From: a virus
Virus record (IMG/VR): IMGVR_UViG_3300045988_115788
Length of the DNA stretch: 64,000 nt
Strand: one strand, 5' to 3'
The number at the start of each line of letters is the position of its first letter. Positions within the stretch are counted from its first letter, which is position 1. A program made the position numbers and the translations under genes. Shown piece after piece: positions 1 to 7,450 of the stretch. Under the pieces are notes generated by a model. That model ran no database searches, was not told where the DNA came from, and saw nothing but the letters and a program-made list of their open reading frames with translations.

Positions 1-36
1 AACTTTGTGGTCTGGTGAAAAGGGCAAAAAAGAAAT

Positions 37-50
37 AGAACATTTGTTCT
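37..50. promoter_or_regulatory. GAAC-N4-GTTC palindrome, Gram-positive LexA (Cheo) box-like
   Basis: agaacatttgttct read directly. The core matches GAAC-N4-GTTC. The regulated gene is unknown (window edge). Confidence 0.25.
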
Positions 51-80
51 AAAATTGTATTACGTGATTAATACAATTTT
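51..80. repeat. 12-bp perfect inverted repeat (aaaattgtatta / taatacaatttt), operator-like
   Basis: Arms at 51-62 and 69-80 are exact reverse complements, separated by cgtgat. Confidence 0.6.
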
Positions 81-81
81 G

Positions 82-278
82 AAACAACAAAAAATTTCAT
101 AACAACAAATATAACATAATATCAAACATATTCTATAACATATTTCACAACACCAAACATAACAACAAACCTAACATATTTTTATAGCAACCTTCACAAC
201 AACAACTATCCAATCATTTCACTATCACCAGACCCCCAAAAAATCATCTATCTCTAATCATTATAATCAAATCAAACT
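82..278 (+). other. G-depleted A/C-rich tract with CATAACAACAAA-type short repeats
   Basis: Only about 2 G in about 197 nt by eye. A G/T-rich tract at about 400-600 mirrors it. Confidence 0.6.
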
Positions 279-600
279 TTCGCCTAAAATCGCCTATACA
301 AGCTTTTAGCACCTTTGGGTATGTATAGATATAGGTAAGACCTTCCTTGCTTCTCAGCGCGTTCTAGGTGCCTTATAGGCGATATGATGTTTAGTTGTGC
401 ATTATATACATATTCTTTGTTATTATCTTTATAATCTTTGTTGATATTGACGTTGTTCGTCAATATATACAAGTGCGGCCTTGTGTTGTTGTGCATGTTG
501 ACTATATCATTATGTTATCATTATACTTATAGTATTGTGATTGGTGCGGCCCTTGGTTAATGTGTTGTGTTTTGTTGTTGTATTTTGTGCAAGTTGGCTA

Positions 601-628
601 TTGCTTTTTGCCGCCGTTCTGATATAAT
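601..628 (+). promoter_or_regulatory. promoter TTGCTT-16-TATAAT preceded by TTTGTGCAAGTTG motif
   Basis: Hexamers read directly. The same upstream motif plus promoter recurs near 3891-3937 and 4819-4865. Confidence 0.5.
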
Positions 629-702
629 GGGTACTGTCGAAAGGGCAAGGGCGAAAGCTTTTGAGCGAGTAGGCGGGCACCTTGACAATTAAATAGAACG
701 CA

Positions 703-786
703 GCAAGGCTCTATCAAAGACTATGTAATTAAGGCTGTCAGATAGTATAGATGCAGGACTATTGGATAGCTGAGATAGAGCCTTGC
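703..786 (+). other. leader stem: 13-bp perfect long-range hairpin gcaaggctctatc / gatagagccttgc
   Basis: Arms at 703-715 and 774-786 are exact complements. It lies between the promoter at 601 and the first gene. Confidence 0.5.
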
Positions 787-868
787 AAAATGGGGAAAGG
801 TTTAATAGAGTATATTAAGTAATGTAATATATTGTATTAAGTCTTTATATCAAAGGAGGATATATATT

Positions 869-1018
869 GTGATAAAAAGCATCATTAAGTCTTTCCGCGC
901 TGATAATAAAAAGCTGGCGGCGGAACACAAAAGGACGATGCAGGAAGCGGAGGCGGCATTGCGGCAGATGAAGGCTGCAATGGATAAAATCGGAACAAGA
1001 AAGGAGCGTTTGTTATGA
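869..1018 (+). CDS. small hypothetical protein (49 aa), GTG start
   Basis: AAAGGAGGATAT RBS 8 nt upstream. The stop overlaps the next ATG (ATGA). Below the ORF-track size cutoff. Confidence 0.4.
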   Translation: MIKSIIKSFRADNKKLAAEHKRTMQEAEAALRQMKAAMDKIGTRKERLL

Positions 1019-1221
1019 AAAAGTATAAGTATACAAAAAAACACGCGTAAGAATGTGTAGAAGCCTACGCCCATTTGACGGGGTGGTTTGACGAAAGCAT
1101 AACTCAACGAGAAATGTTTGAGATGCTACGGTACAGGATGCAGTTTGGAGAAGCCGAAAGCCGAGTGATTGTTGCGGCGCTGGTTATGGCAGGAGCAAAA
1201 TTCAAAACAAGCGCAGAGTGA
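1015..1221 (+). other. ORF interrupted by in-frame TAA at 1048-1050 (possible pseudogene or internal restart)
   Basis: The coupled ATG at 1015 gives 11 codons, then TAA. A protein-like frame then continues for 56 codons (ECVEAYAHLTGWFDES...) to TGA at 1219. Confidence 0.3.
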
Positions 1222-1292
1222 CGGGGGAGCAATCCCCTGGTAATGCGGCTAAGAGTGGTCACAAGCCCACCGCAAAGAAAGGATGGTTTTTT

Positions 1293-1631
1293 ATGACAAA
1301 CACAAAAGAAGAGCTGCGTCGCATGATGCAAGGTATCCGCCATGATTTGGAGCTTGCCTTTGAAGGTGAGCTTAAAAATGAGGACGGGGAGCCAGTAGAC
1401 CTCTGGGAATATCTGGCGGACGGCCTAGCGCTAGATTACCGCGTAGGCCCTGATAAAAGCCCTACTGCGTGCCGCGTGTGGCTTGTGTTGGGTGGGCCTA
1501 ATATCTGGGTGGATACCGAAACGGATTCTATTCACGGCGCTTGGGGGAGCGACAGAGAAGAAATTTATATCAACTCTGAGCTGTCCGATGCTATTTTAGA
1601 TTCTATGACCTTCGATTGGGATTGCTATTGA
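1293..1631 (+). CDS. hypothetical protein
   Basis: Track ORF 1218-1631. The internal ATG at 1293 is preferred; the GTG at 1218 overlaps the upstream stop. Confidence 0.55.
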   Translation: MTNTKEELRRMMQGIRHDLELAFEGELKNEDGEPVDLWEYLADGLALDYRVGPDKSPTACRVWLVLGGPNIWVDTETDSIHGAWGSDREEIYINSELSDAILDSMTFDWDCY

Positions 1632-1647
1632 AAGGAGGATATCTACC

Positions 1648-1794
1648 ATGAAAAAATATCTCGCAATCCTGTTGCTGTCTGCCTTGTGTTTTGTCGCAGG
1701 GATTGCGGCAACTGTAGCGGAGGCAATGCCGGAACAGTCAGCAGTTGTTAGCTATTTCAACGGATTGATTGTAAAGGAATATTTCAATCCGTAA
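1648..1794 (+). CDS. small secreted or membrane peptide (48 aa)
   Basis: AAAGGAGGATAT RBS. N-terminus MKKYLAILLLSALCFVAGIAA is signal- or TM-like. A hairpin follows at about 1808-1835. Confidence 0.5.
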   Translation: MKKYLAILLLSALCFVAGIAATVAEAMPEQSAVVSYFNGLIVKEYFNP

Positions 1795-1891
1795 ATATTC
1801 AGCGCCTTTAGTCGTTGGGCTTAAAACGACTAACCAGAGCGCAACATGGCCGCGCATTGAAAAGAGCTATGAGAAAGGAGGATATTTAACA

Positions 1892-2113
1892 ATGGCAAAT
1901 GTCAAGAAGTCTGCAACGTTGGAAGTTGAGGATGTGTTTACTCAACAGGTAAACGCCAACTACAAACGTTGCAAGGAAGCACGGGAGAAGGCCGCAAAAC
2001 AGAGGCAGGAAGAGCTGAAGCGCATGTATCGCAATAGCAAACGTGTCGCAGTGTGGGGCATTGTGGGTTGTATAGCGGTATTGATTGCCGCCTATGCTAT
2101 GTGGTTCATTTAA
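1892..2113 (+). CDS. hypothetical protein with C-terminal TM helix
   Basis: AAAGGAGGATAT RBS. C-terminus VAVWGIVGCIAVLIAAYAMWFI is hydrophobic. Confidence 0.6.
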   Translation: MANVKKSATLEVEDVFTQQVNANYKRCKEAREKAAKQRQEELKRMYRNSKRVAVWGIVGCIAVLIAAYAMWFI

Positions 2114-2126
2114 GGAGGCACATACT

Positions 2127-2525
2127 ATGATAACAAGCATCAATCTAAAGGCACTGAGTGGGGCTATCCTTGCAGCATTGAGCGCCTATATGCCAACGTC
2201 CGTCCCCTGCGTGGTGGACAGGATAGAGCAGGACGGCGGGGATAGAATTGCAGTGGTGGAGATTGCGGACAAGGACACAGGGGACATTCTTTTCTGTGAT
2301 ATTGATAGCGATACATTGGTTGACGATGAACATCTGACCATGCAGCGCTTGTCAGGGGAAGTTGTAGACTGTGAAGCATACGGCGGCAACTGGTATACTG
2401 TGTCTGTAGCAGTAGGGGACGAAATACATTCTGTAGTAGAAGGTATTAGCTATCCTGTGGGCGCTATCGTGTGGGCCTATATGTATAAAGGAAATATGCA
2501 AACTATTGCAGTGCAACACCAGTAA
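2127..2525 (+). CDS. hypothetical protein
   Basis: ATG at 2127 after a TAAGGAGG RBS, chosen over the track start at 2085. Confidence 0.6.
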   Translation: MITSINLKALSGAILAALSAYMPTSVPCVVDRIEQDGGDRIAVVEIADKDTGDILFCDIDSDTLVDDEHLTMQRLSGEVVDCEAYGGNWYTVSVAVGDEIHSVVEGISYPVGAIVWAYMYKGNMQTIAVQHQ

Positions 2526-2540
2526 GGAGGATATTTTGTA

Positions 2541-2981
2541 ATGGGTACTATTAACTACGGAAGCAACTGCACCAATGAGGGCCTTCTCAATATCGGCCTT
2601 AACTTGAACCGGTTTAATTCGCCTATAACAATTATGCGCCGCGCAAATATGATGCGGGAAATCGTTGACGATTATAACGGTACTTGGTTCAAAGTAAACG
2701 TTGAACCAGGATACTACGAGGGCGCGTGGGTCTCCGTTGAATGGGACGAGGATATACTATTCTATAACGGGCCTTGGTCTTTCGAAGAGGTGCGCTCAGA
2801 AATAACGTACTTGAATACGATGCTTCAGCTTTTGGTTAATGCTGGGTGCGTGGAATATTGGCCAGGGTGGTGCACAGGATATAGTACGGCGGCAGAAACG
2901 AGAAAGGCAATTATAGCCAACGTCGAGCGCTTATGGACGTACTACAAAGAAACATATCAGGAGGATGAAGGGGATGATTAA
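2541..2981 (+). CDS. hypothetical protein
   Basis: TAAGGAGGATAT RBS; 146-aa ORF. Confidence 0.6.
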   Translation: MGTINYGSNCTNEGLLNIGLNLNRFNSPITIMRRANMMREIVDDYNGTWFKVNVEPGYYEGAWVSVEWDEDILFYNGPWSFEEVRSEITYLNTMLQLLVNAGCVEYWPGWCTGYSTAAETRKAIIANVERLWTYYKETYQEDEGDD

Positions 2982-3138
2982 CAAGAAAGACTTGGAAATT
3001 ATCCTATCTATGGATAATGAACTTGAACGTTTGCGAATGTTTTTCAACAAACGACGTGACAGCCAAGCAGACAAGAGGAAATGGACAGCAGAAAGCAAGC
3101 TGTTCATTAACAAGGTTGAATCAAAGAAAGGAGTATAA
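2974..3138 (+). CDS. small hypothetical protein (54 aa)
   Basis: ATG at 2974 overlaps the upstream gene end and fills the gap to 3144. Confidence 0.4.
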   Translation: MINKKDLEIILSMDNELERLRMFFNKRRDSQADKRKWTAESKLFINKVESKKGV

Positions 3139-3143
3139 TTGTT

Positions 3144-3497
3144 ATGGAAAAGTATCTGGTGAACACTTACGGCAATCATTGGGTGGAATGTGACAGCGCA
3201 GAAAGTGCCGCGCAGGAAGTAATCGAAAATGTAGAGGATTGCTATTGGGACGATTTACTTGATGAGGCATGGGGAGAAGTCGAAGTATGCGGTTATACAT
3301 ACTGTGCTTCTCGTGCGTTGTCTCTGATTGATGAGGTAGCTTATAGGTGTGGAAAAAACGATTGGTTAGACGGGGAATATCGGGATATAGTATACAGTCT
3401 CGAAAGAATGATGGACGGCGACGAAGAGGAATATTTCGGGGTAACTGTTCGTTATGAAGAGGTATCCGACAACGAAGAGGAGGAAGAAGATGAATGA
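3144..3497 (+). CDS. highly acidic hypothetical protein
   Basis: 117 aa with an EEVSDNEEEEEDE tail; early-arm position. Confidence 0.6.
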   Translation: MEKYLVNTYGNHWVECDSAESAAQEVIENVEDCYWDDLLDEAWGEVEVCGYTYCASRALSLIDEVAYRCGKNDWLDGEYRDIVYSLERMMDGDEEEYFGVTVRYEEVSDNEEEEEDE

Positions 3498-3636
3498 TAT
3501 AATTCATTGGAAACTATATGCAGAGTGGTTAGACAACGGTAACTTTTGCGCTGATTTCTTTATGAGTTATGACGAGTTATGGGACAGCTTGTTCAATCCT
3601 GAGCTTGAGCTGCTTACAATAGTTGAGCGCAAGTAA
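3490..3636 (+). CDS. small hypothetical protein
   Basis: ATG at 3490 (MNDIIHW...) overlaps the upstream stop. Confidence 0.45.
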   Translation: MNDIIHWKLYAEWLDNGNFCADFFMSYDELWDSLFNPELELLTIVERK

Positions 3637-3649
3637 CCATTAAATATAG

Positions 3650-3680
3650 GCTAGGGTATTTTATCCTAGCTTATATTTTT
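3650..3680 (+). terminator. rho-independent terminator
   Basis: gctagg / cctagc stem followed by ttatattttt. Confidence 0.6.
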
Positions 3681-3908
3681 ATACTTATATTTGTTAATAA
3701 CAATTATATCAATTTGCATCTGGTACCATATAACGCAGCCCAGCATCTCAAAACAAGGGCCTAGAATCGTCTGTACTGCGTTGTAATGTATTGGGCAGGG
3801 TAGTTATAGCCATAGTGCAAAGTGGCCCTTGTGGCGCGTTCTGGAGGCTGTCAGGAGGTGTTGGATAAATTGCATAAAAAAGCAAAATAATTTTGTGCAA
3901 TTTGATTA

Positions 3909-3937
3909 TTGCTTTTCGTCCTGATTTTTGGTAAAAT
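3909..3937 (+). promoter_or_regulatory. promoter TTGCTT-17-TAAAAT (TG-extended)
   Basis: Read directly; preceded by TTTTGTGCAATTTG at 3891-3904. Confidence 0.5.
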
Positions 3938-4117
3938 CTTTATAGAAAATAAGAAAGGGGGTAAAAAGAAAATAAGGGAGACTGCTTCACAGTGCAAGAG
4001 GCAGGGGCAATTCTGAGAAAGCCCATAAGTGAGGAGAGGGAAAGCGCGGGGAGGTTGGTATGATTTCCTATTCAGCTAGTAGGTTTAATGCATTAAAAAG
4101 TAAAAGAAAAATTTTTC

Positions 4118-4146
4118 TTGACTTCCTGGACAGATTTTGATATTAT
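4118..4146 (+). promoter_or_regulatory. promoter TTGACT-17-TATTAT
   Basis: Hexamers and the 17-nt spacer were counted directly. Confidence 0.6.
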
Positions 4147-4196
4147 AATAATAGTATAAAATAGAAAGGGCGGCGCAAGCCGTAAAGGTGAAGGCT

Positions 4197-4373
4197 ATGA
4201 TTACTAAAAAAGAATACTCTGAACGTTGGGAACGTTTTCTTGTGGAATATTGCCATTGTTACGCGGACGAGAACGGAAATCGCCCTTGCGATAATGGAAC
4301 ACTGTGCAACTACTGTGATAGTATGATAGATATTTTTTGGGATGAAATCAATAGAGTAATCAATACAAATTAA
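4197..4373 (+). CDS. small Cys-rich hypothetical protein
   Basis: Contains CHCYADENGNRPCDNGTLCNYCD. It is the only sizeable ORF in the 3640-5440 region and a terminator follows. Confidence 0.45.
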   Translation: MITKKEYSERWERFLVEYCHCYADENGNRPCDNGTLCNYCDSMIDIFWDEINRVINTN

Positions 4374-4387
4374 AAGCAAATATCGGA

Positions 4388-4419
4388 AAAGAAAGAGGCA
4401 CCAGTCTCTTTCTTTTTTT
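4388..4419 (+). terminator. rho-independent terminator
   Basis: aaagaaagag / ctctttcttt stem followed by a T-run. Confidence 0.65.
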
Positions 4420-4836
4420 GTCCTTATATTTCTTATAAACCAATATCTAAAATAAAAAATCCTGGTCTAAGTGTTTCAATTTTGAAACAGTCAATTTGCA
4501 CAATTTTATAATATTTTTTTGTTCATTTTGCAAATTGATTTTCTTAAAAATAAAGTGTAAAATTGAGGGCGGAGGGAGGGTATAGATAAAATAGATATTT
4601 GTTTATAAAAGATATAATCTTGTGTCTTCCTTCTTTGCATCTGCGTCAATGCGCACAGCAAAAACCGATACTGCGCCGCTCAGACCTGCGAGAATGGGCC
4701 TAGAAACAATTCTAGCATTAAATAGGTCAAACTATACCGATTTACAATGTGGGCCTTATAGCGCATTTTAGACGGGTCACAGAATGTTTTGTGTAAAATA
4801 GTCAAAAAAATAATATAATTTTGTGCAACTTGCTAA

Positions 4837-4865
4837 TGGACAAGTAGGTAGATTTTTGATAAAAT
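4837..4865 (+). promoter_or_regulatory. promoter TGGACA-17-TAAAAT (TG-extended)
   Basis: Read directly; preceded by TTTTGTGCAACTTG at 4819-4832. Confidence 0.45.
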
Positions 4866-4871
4866 CGTGTT

Positions 4872-4962
4872 ATGGTGCTTGACTTGCACTCTTTTTTATG
4901 TTATTATAGCCTTGCAAATCAGGAACGGAAAAAACCGGTTTGATTGCAAGGCTTGTTTTTTT
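4872..4962 (+). ncRNA. candidate short RNA (about 50-90 nt) ending in a long hairpin terminator
   Basis: Two promoters are followed at once by gccttgcaa...ttgcaaggc and a T-run. No ORF is present. Confidence 0.35.
4879..4907 (+). promoter_or_regulatory. promoter TTGACT-17-TATTAT
   Basis: Read directly. It abuts the hairpin terminator at 4909-4962. Confidence 0.55.
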
Positions 4963-5119
4963 AAGAAAAATTTGTTATCGGTTAGCATGGCAACAAAAAA
5001 ATCTCTTAAGAGCAAGTGCAAACCTTGAAAAATAGTGGTGGATTGCTAAACACCCAATAAAGTATAATTTTTATTGAAAAGTATGCGGCTGGATTAAGTC
5101 GATAGCAAATTTTTTTGTT

Positions 5120-5166
5120 GAAAAGTATCTTTTAAGTTCGATATTTGGCAATAAAAGATACTTTTC
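5120..5166. repeat. 15-bp perfect inverted repeat gaaaagtatctttta / taaaagatacttttc
   Basis: Arms at 5120-5134 and 5152-5166 are exact complements. Confidence 0.6.
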
Positions 5167-5439
5167 GCCGGAGTTATTTGGTTTTGTGATAACAAATATT
5201 TGTTGTACAAAATGCACAAATTAGGTATTTATCATTAACAAATATCTTTCAATGATTGATACTTGTTTTTGAAAAAACATTTGATTTTGGTGAATATTTG
5301 TTATTATCAAATCGGGTTCGCGTTCGCGTCGCATTACGTTGTTTTTAAAATTCTGGGGCAAATAAAAAATTCCCCCAGATATATACATTAAGTATTTATT
5401 GGTGTACTATATAATGTATAATATTATTTTATTAAGGAG

Positions 5440-6120
5440 ATGATTGTTATTTTAAAAGATTTAACAGGAAAGCGCTTCGGACGTTTATTTGTTGTTGGCC
5501 CTGCTCCCAGAAAGAATAATCGAACTGCTTGGCGTTGTAGATGTAATTGTGGAAACTATACAGATGTTTTAACTCGCAATTTAACAACAGGAAACACAAA
5601 GTCTTGTCGTTGCCTTGAAAAAGATGTTTTTAAACCTAATTTATATTCTTTAGGAGATAAAGTTAGCATAGGTTATTGTGCAAATGGGAGAATTTTTCTT
5701 TTTGATACCGAAGACTATGACAGAATTAAAAAATATAAATGGCGCTCAAATAAAAAAGGATATATTTCAACTCAAATCAACGGAAGAACAACAAGTTTAC
5801 ATCGTTTTATTTTGAACGTGGACAAAGAAAAAGAAGTTGACCATATCGAAGGAAAACCCTGGGACAACCGAAAAGAAAAACTACGAATCGTAACTCATCA
5901 AGAGAATATGATGAATAGAAAAAAGTCTGCTAGAAATTCAACTGGTGTTACAGGGGTTAGCATTGATAAAGACACAGGAAAATTTCGTTCTGAAATTTAT
6001 TATAATGGGAAGAAGTATTCGTTAGGTCGCTTCAAAACTTTGGAAGAAGCAAAACGAGTAAGAATACAAGCAGAAGAAGAATTTTTTAAAGACTACGCTA
6101 GGAAGGAAGAGTTTAGATGA
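5440..6120 (+). CDS. free-standing HNH endonuclease with C-terminal AP2-like DNA-binding domain
   Basis: EVDHIEGKPWDNRKEKLRIVTHQENMMN is an HNH-type motif. GVTGVS...YYNGKKYSLGRFKTLEEAKRVR is AP2-like. Confidence 0.75.
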   Translation: MIVILKDLTGKRFGRLFVVGPAPRKNNRTAWRCRCNCGNYTDVLTRNLTTGNTKSCRCLEKDVFKPNLYSLGDKVSIGYCANGRIFLFDTEDYDRIKKYKWRSNKKGYISTQINGRTTSLHRFILNVDKEKEVDHIEGKPWDNRKEKLRIVTHQENMMNRKKSARNSTGVTGVSIDKDTGKFRSEIYYNGKKYSLGRFKTLEEAKRVRIQAEEEFFKDYARKEEFR

Positions 6121-6398
6121 ACATCGAGCTGTACAGGGAGGGGGTCGCAAAGTTCTACACCGAAGACGAACGGAAGAAAATGAAGCAAGCCATGACAACG
6201 TTTAAAGAAAAGCTTGTGGAAAAGCTCGGTTTGTTCTACGATGAAACAGAAATGACACAAGAAGAGCGCGTAGCTTATGCAGAGCATGAAGTCTCTTTGT
6301 TTTTGATTGAGGCTCTTGTTGCTAAGATGTACGAGGAAGGTGTACCAAAAGAAGAAATTCTGGAGGTGCAAAACAACTTGTGGAATCCTTTTGATTGA
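6117..6398 (+). CDS. hypothetical protein
   Basis: ATGA overlap with the upstream gene; 93 aa. Confidence 0.6.
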   Translation: MNIELYREGVAKFYTEDERKKMKQAMTTFKEKLVEKLGLFYDETEMTQEERVAYAEHEVSLFLIEALVAKMYEEGVPKEEILEVQNNLWNPFD

Positions 6399-6670
6399 GC
6401 CAGAAAATTTAATTTTATTTTTCTGTTGAAGGAATAAGTCAAAAGTTTTGTCGCCAAAACCACCCCTTCACGAGCCAGAAAATTCAAATCGAAAATCGAG
6501 ACTGAGATTCAAAATTAGATTTATTACCGCCAAAACTACCCCTATCAAATAAAAACAGAAAACTTGTTAATAAATGACAAAAACAGCTTGAAGAGCCAGA
6601 AAATTGAAATTTAAAATCGAGATTGATGTTTTTTATTTGTAGGAGTTTAATTTTAATTGTGGCTTCGAGC
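6397..6670. repeat. iteron-like direct repeats (3x GAGCCAGAAAATT, 2x CGCCAAAACYACCCCT, 2x AAAATCGAGAYTGA)
   Basis: Copies at 6397, 6472 and 6593; 6452 and 6528; 6491 and 6613. Read directly in a noncoding stretch. Confidence 0.6.
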
Positions 6671-6706
6671 GGACAAAGTTCTGAAAAATTTTTTCAAAAA
6701 AAAGAC

Positions 6707-6735
6707 TTGACAAATCAAGAAAAATATGGTATAGT
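6707..6735 (+). promoter_or_regulatory. promoter TTGACA-17-TATAGT
   Basis: Read directly. Confidence 0.7.
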
Positions 6736-6761
6736 AAATACAATTAAAGGAGGTGAATAAA

Positions 6762-7013
6762 ATGCTGATTGAAACTACTGAAGATTTTAAAACAGCAAAG
6801 AATGTAATTCTAAAAGGGGGCATCCAAACAATTACCCCTCATGCAGGTACAAATATTAAAGTTCTAGCATACAAGGATGAAATGCTTTTTCTTGAAGTTG
6901 AATCTAATTACATTAAAGAAGTTATTCTTAATCTAAAGACTGGAACGAAGTATTGGTTATCTACCGAACCCGTGTCCTATATATTATATAAAATACGGGA
7001 CAGAAAATTTTAA
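6762..7013 (+). CDS. hypothetical protein
   Basis: ATG at 6762 lies 8 nt after AAAGGAGG, preferred over the track GTG at 6753. Confidence 0.6.
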   Translation: MLIETTEDFKTAKNVILKGGIQTITPHAGTNIKVLAYKDEMLFLEVESNYIKEVILNLKTGTKYWLSTEPVSYILYKIRDRKF

Positions 7014-7021
7014 AAAAGGGC

Positions 7022-7050
7022 TTGACAAATTAAGAAAAATATGATATAGT
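7022..7050 (+). promoter_or_regulatory. promoter TTGACA-17-TATAGT driving the tRNA cluster
   Basis: Near-identical to the promoter at 6707. Confidence 0.7.
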
Positions 7051-7070
7051 AAATACAGAAATTAAGAAAC

Positions 7071-7147
7071 GGGCCTTTAGCTCAGTTGGTTAGAGCCTCC
7101 AGCTCATAACTGGAAGGTCGTGGTTTCGATTACCACAGGGCCCACCA
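7071..7147 (+). tRNA. tRNA with CAT anticodon (Met or Ile2), CCA encoded
   Basis: Clean cloverleaf folded by hand: acceptor gggcctt/agggccc, D-arm gctcagttggttagagc, anticodon loop ctcataa, T-arm gtggt-ttcgatt-accac. Confidence 0.9.
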
Positions 7148-7148
7148 T

Positions 7149-7223
7149 TGCGGGTTGAGTGTTGGCGCTCCGCTTGGTCTCATAAGCCAAGTTACCTCAG
7201 TTCGATTCTGGGACTCGCTTCCA
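7149..7223 (+). tRNA. second CAT-anticodon tRNA, noncanonical
   Basis: T-arm ctcag-ttcgatt-ctggg, loop ctcataa and encoded CCA are present. The anticodon stem extends to about 7 bp and pair 1:72 is a T-T mismatch. Confidence 0.6.
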
Positions 7224-7229
7224 CCCCAT

Positions 7230-7267
7230 TTCAGCCACAATGACCTACGGGCTCGTGGCTGAAATGT
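7230..7267 (+). other. 11-bp perfect hairpin atttcagccac / gtggctgaaat between tRNAs
   Basis: Read directly; no T-run follows, so it is possibly a processing element. Confidence 0.5.
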
Positions 7268-7375
7268 TAAAACTTGTATCTACGCTGAAACTGTGCAAGC
7301 TCCTAACTCTTCGAGAAGGATGAAGGTGATTCAGCTCAAAGTTGGCAGTCTTTGAGAAGTTAAAACTGCCTCTAT

Positions 7376-7450
7376 ACTGGTGTAGCTCAATTGGTAGAGC
7401 GACTGCCTTGTAGCAGCAGGTCGGGGGGTCGAGTCCGTCCACCAGCTCCA
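7376..7450 (+). tRNA. tRNA, anticodon probably GTA (Tyr-type, short variable arm), CCA encoded
   Basis: D-arm gctcaattggtagagc and acceptor ctggtg/caccag fold well. Pair 1:72 is A-C, the loop-closing pair is C-A, and the T stem has one mismatch. Confidence 0.6.

Noticed and set aside
284-496. 70-aa minus-strand ORF in the left-end region
   Set aside because: It is a low-complexity Asn/Tyr/Lys-rich product of the skewed palindromic DNA. It has no RBS, and the region is better explained as noncoding structure.
3945-4117. Riboswitch (for example c-di-GMP-type) in the purine-rich leader
   Set aside because: Only vague resemblance (ggcaggggcaa...gaaagccc). I could not fold a convincing conserved architecture by hand. 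It is left as an unexplained leader pending an Rfam scan.
6397-6670. Possible CRISPR mini-array, given repeated GAGCCAGAAAATT units
   Set aside because: The repeats are only 13-16 nt, spacing is irregular (75 and 121 nt), several different repeat types are interleaved, and there are no cas genes. The array is better described as iteron-like.
7290-7345. Additional minimal or armless tRNA in the spacer (gctgaa...ttcagc 6-bp closing stem)
   Set aside because: It is only about 52 nt, with no T-loop or anticodon-loop signature. It is probably a spacer hairpin.
7245-7442. 65-aa minus-strand ORF across the tRNA cluster
   Set aside because: It overlaps a tRNA gene and structured spacers on the opposite strand. 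No translation signals are present.
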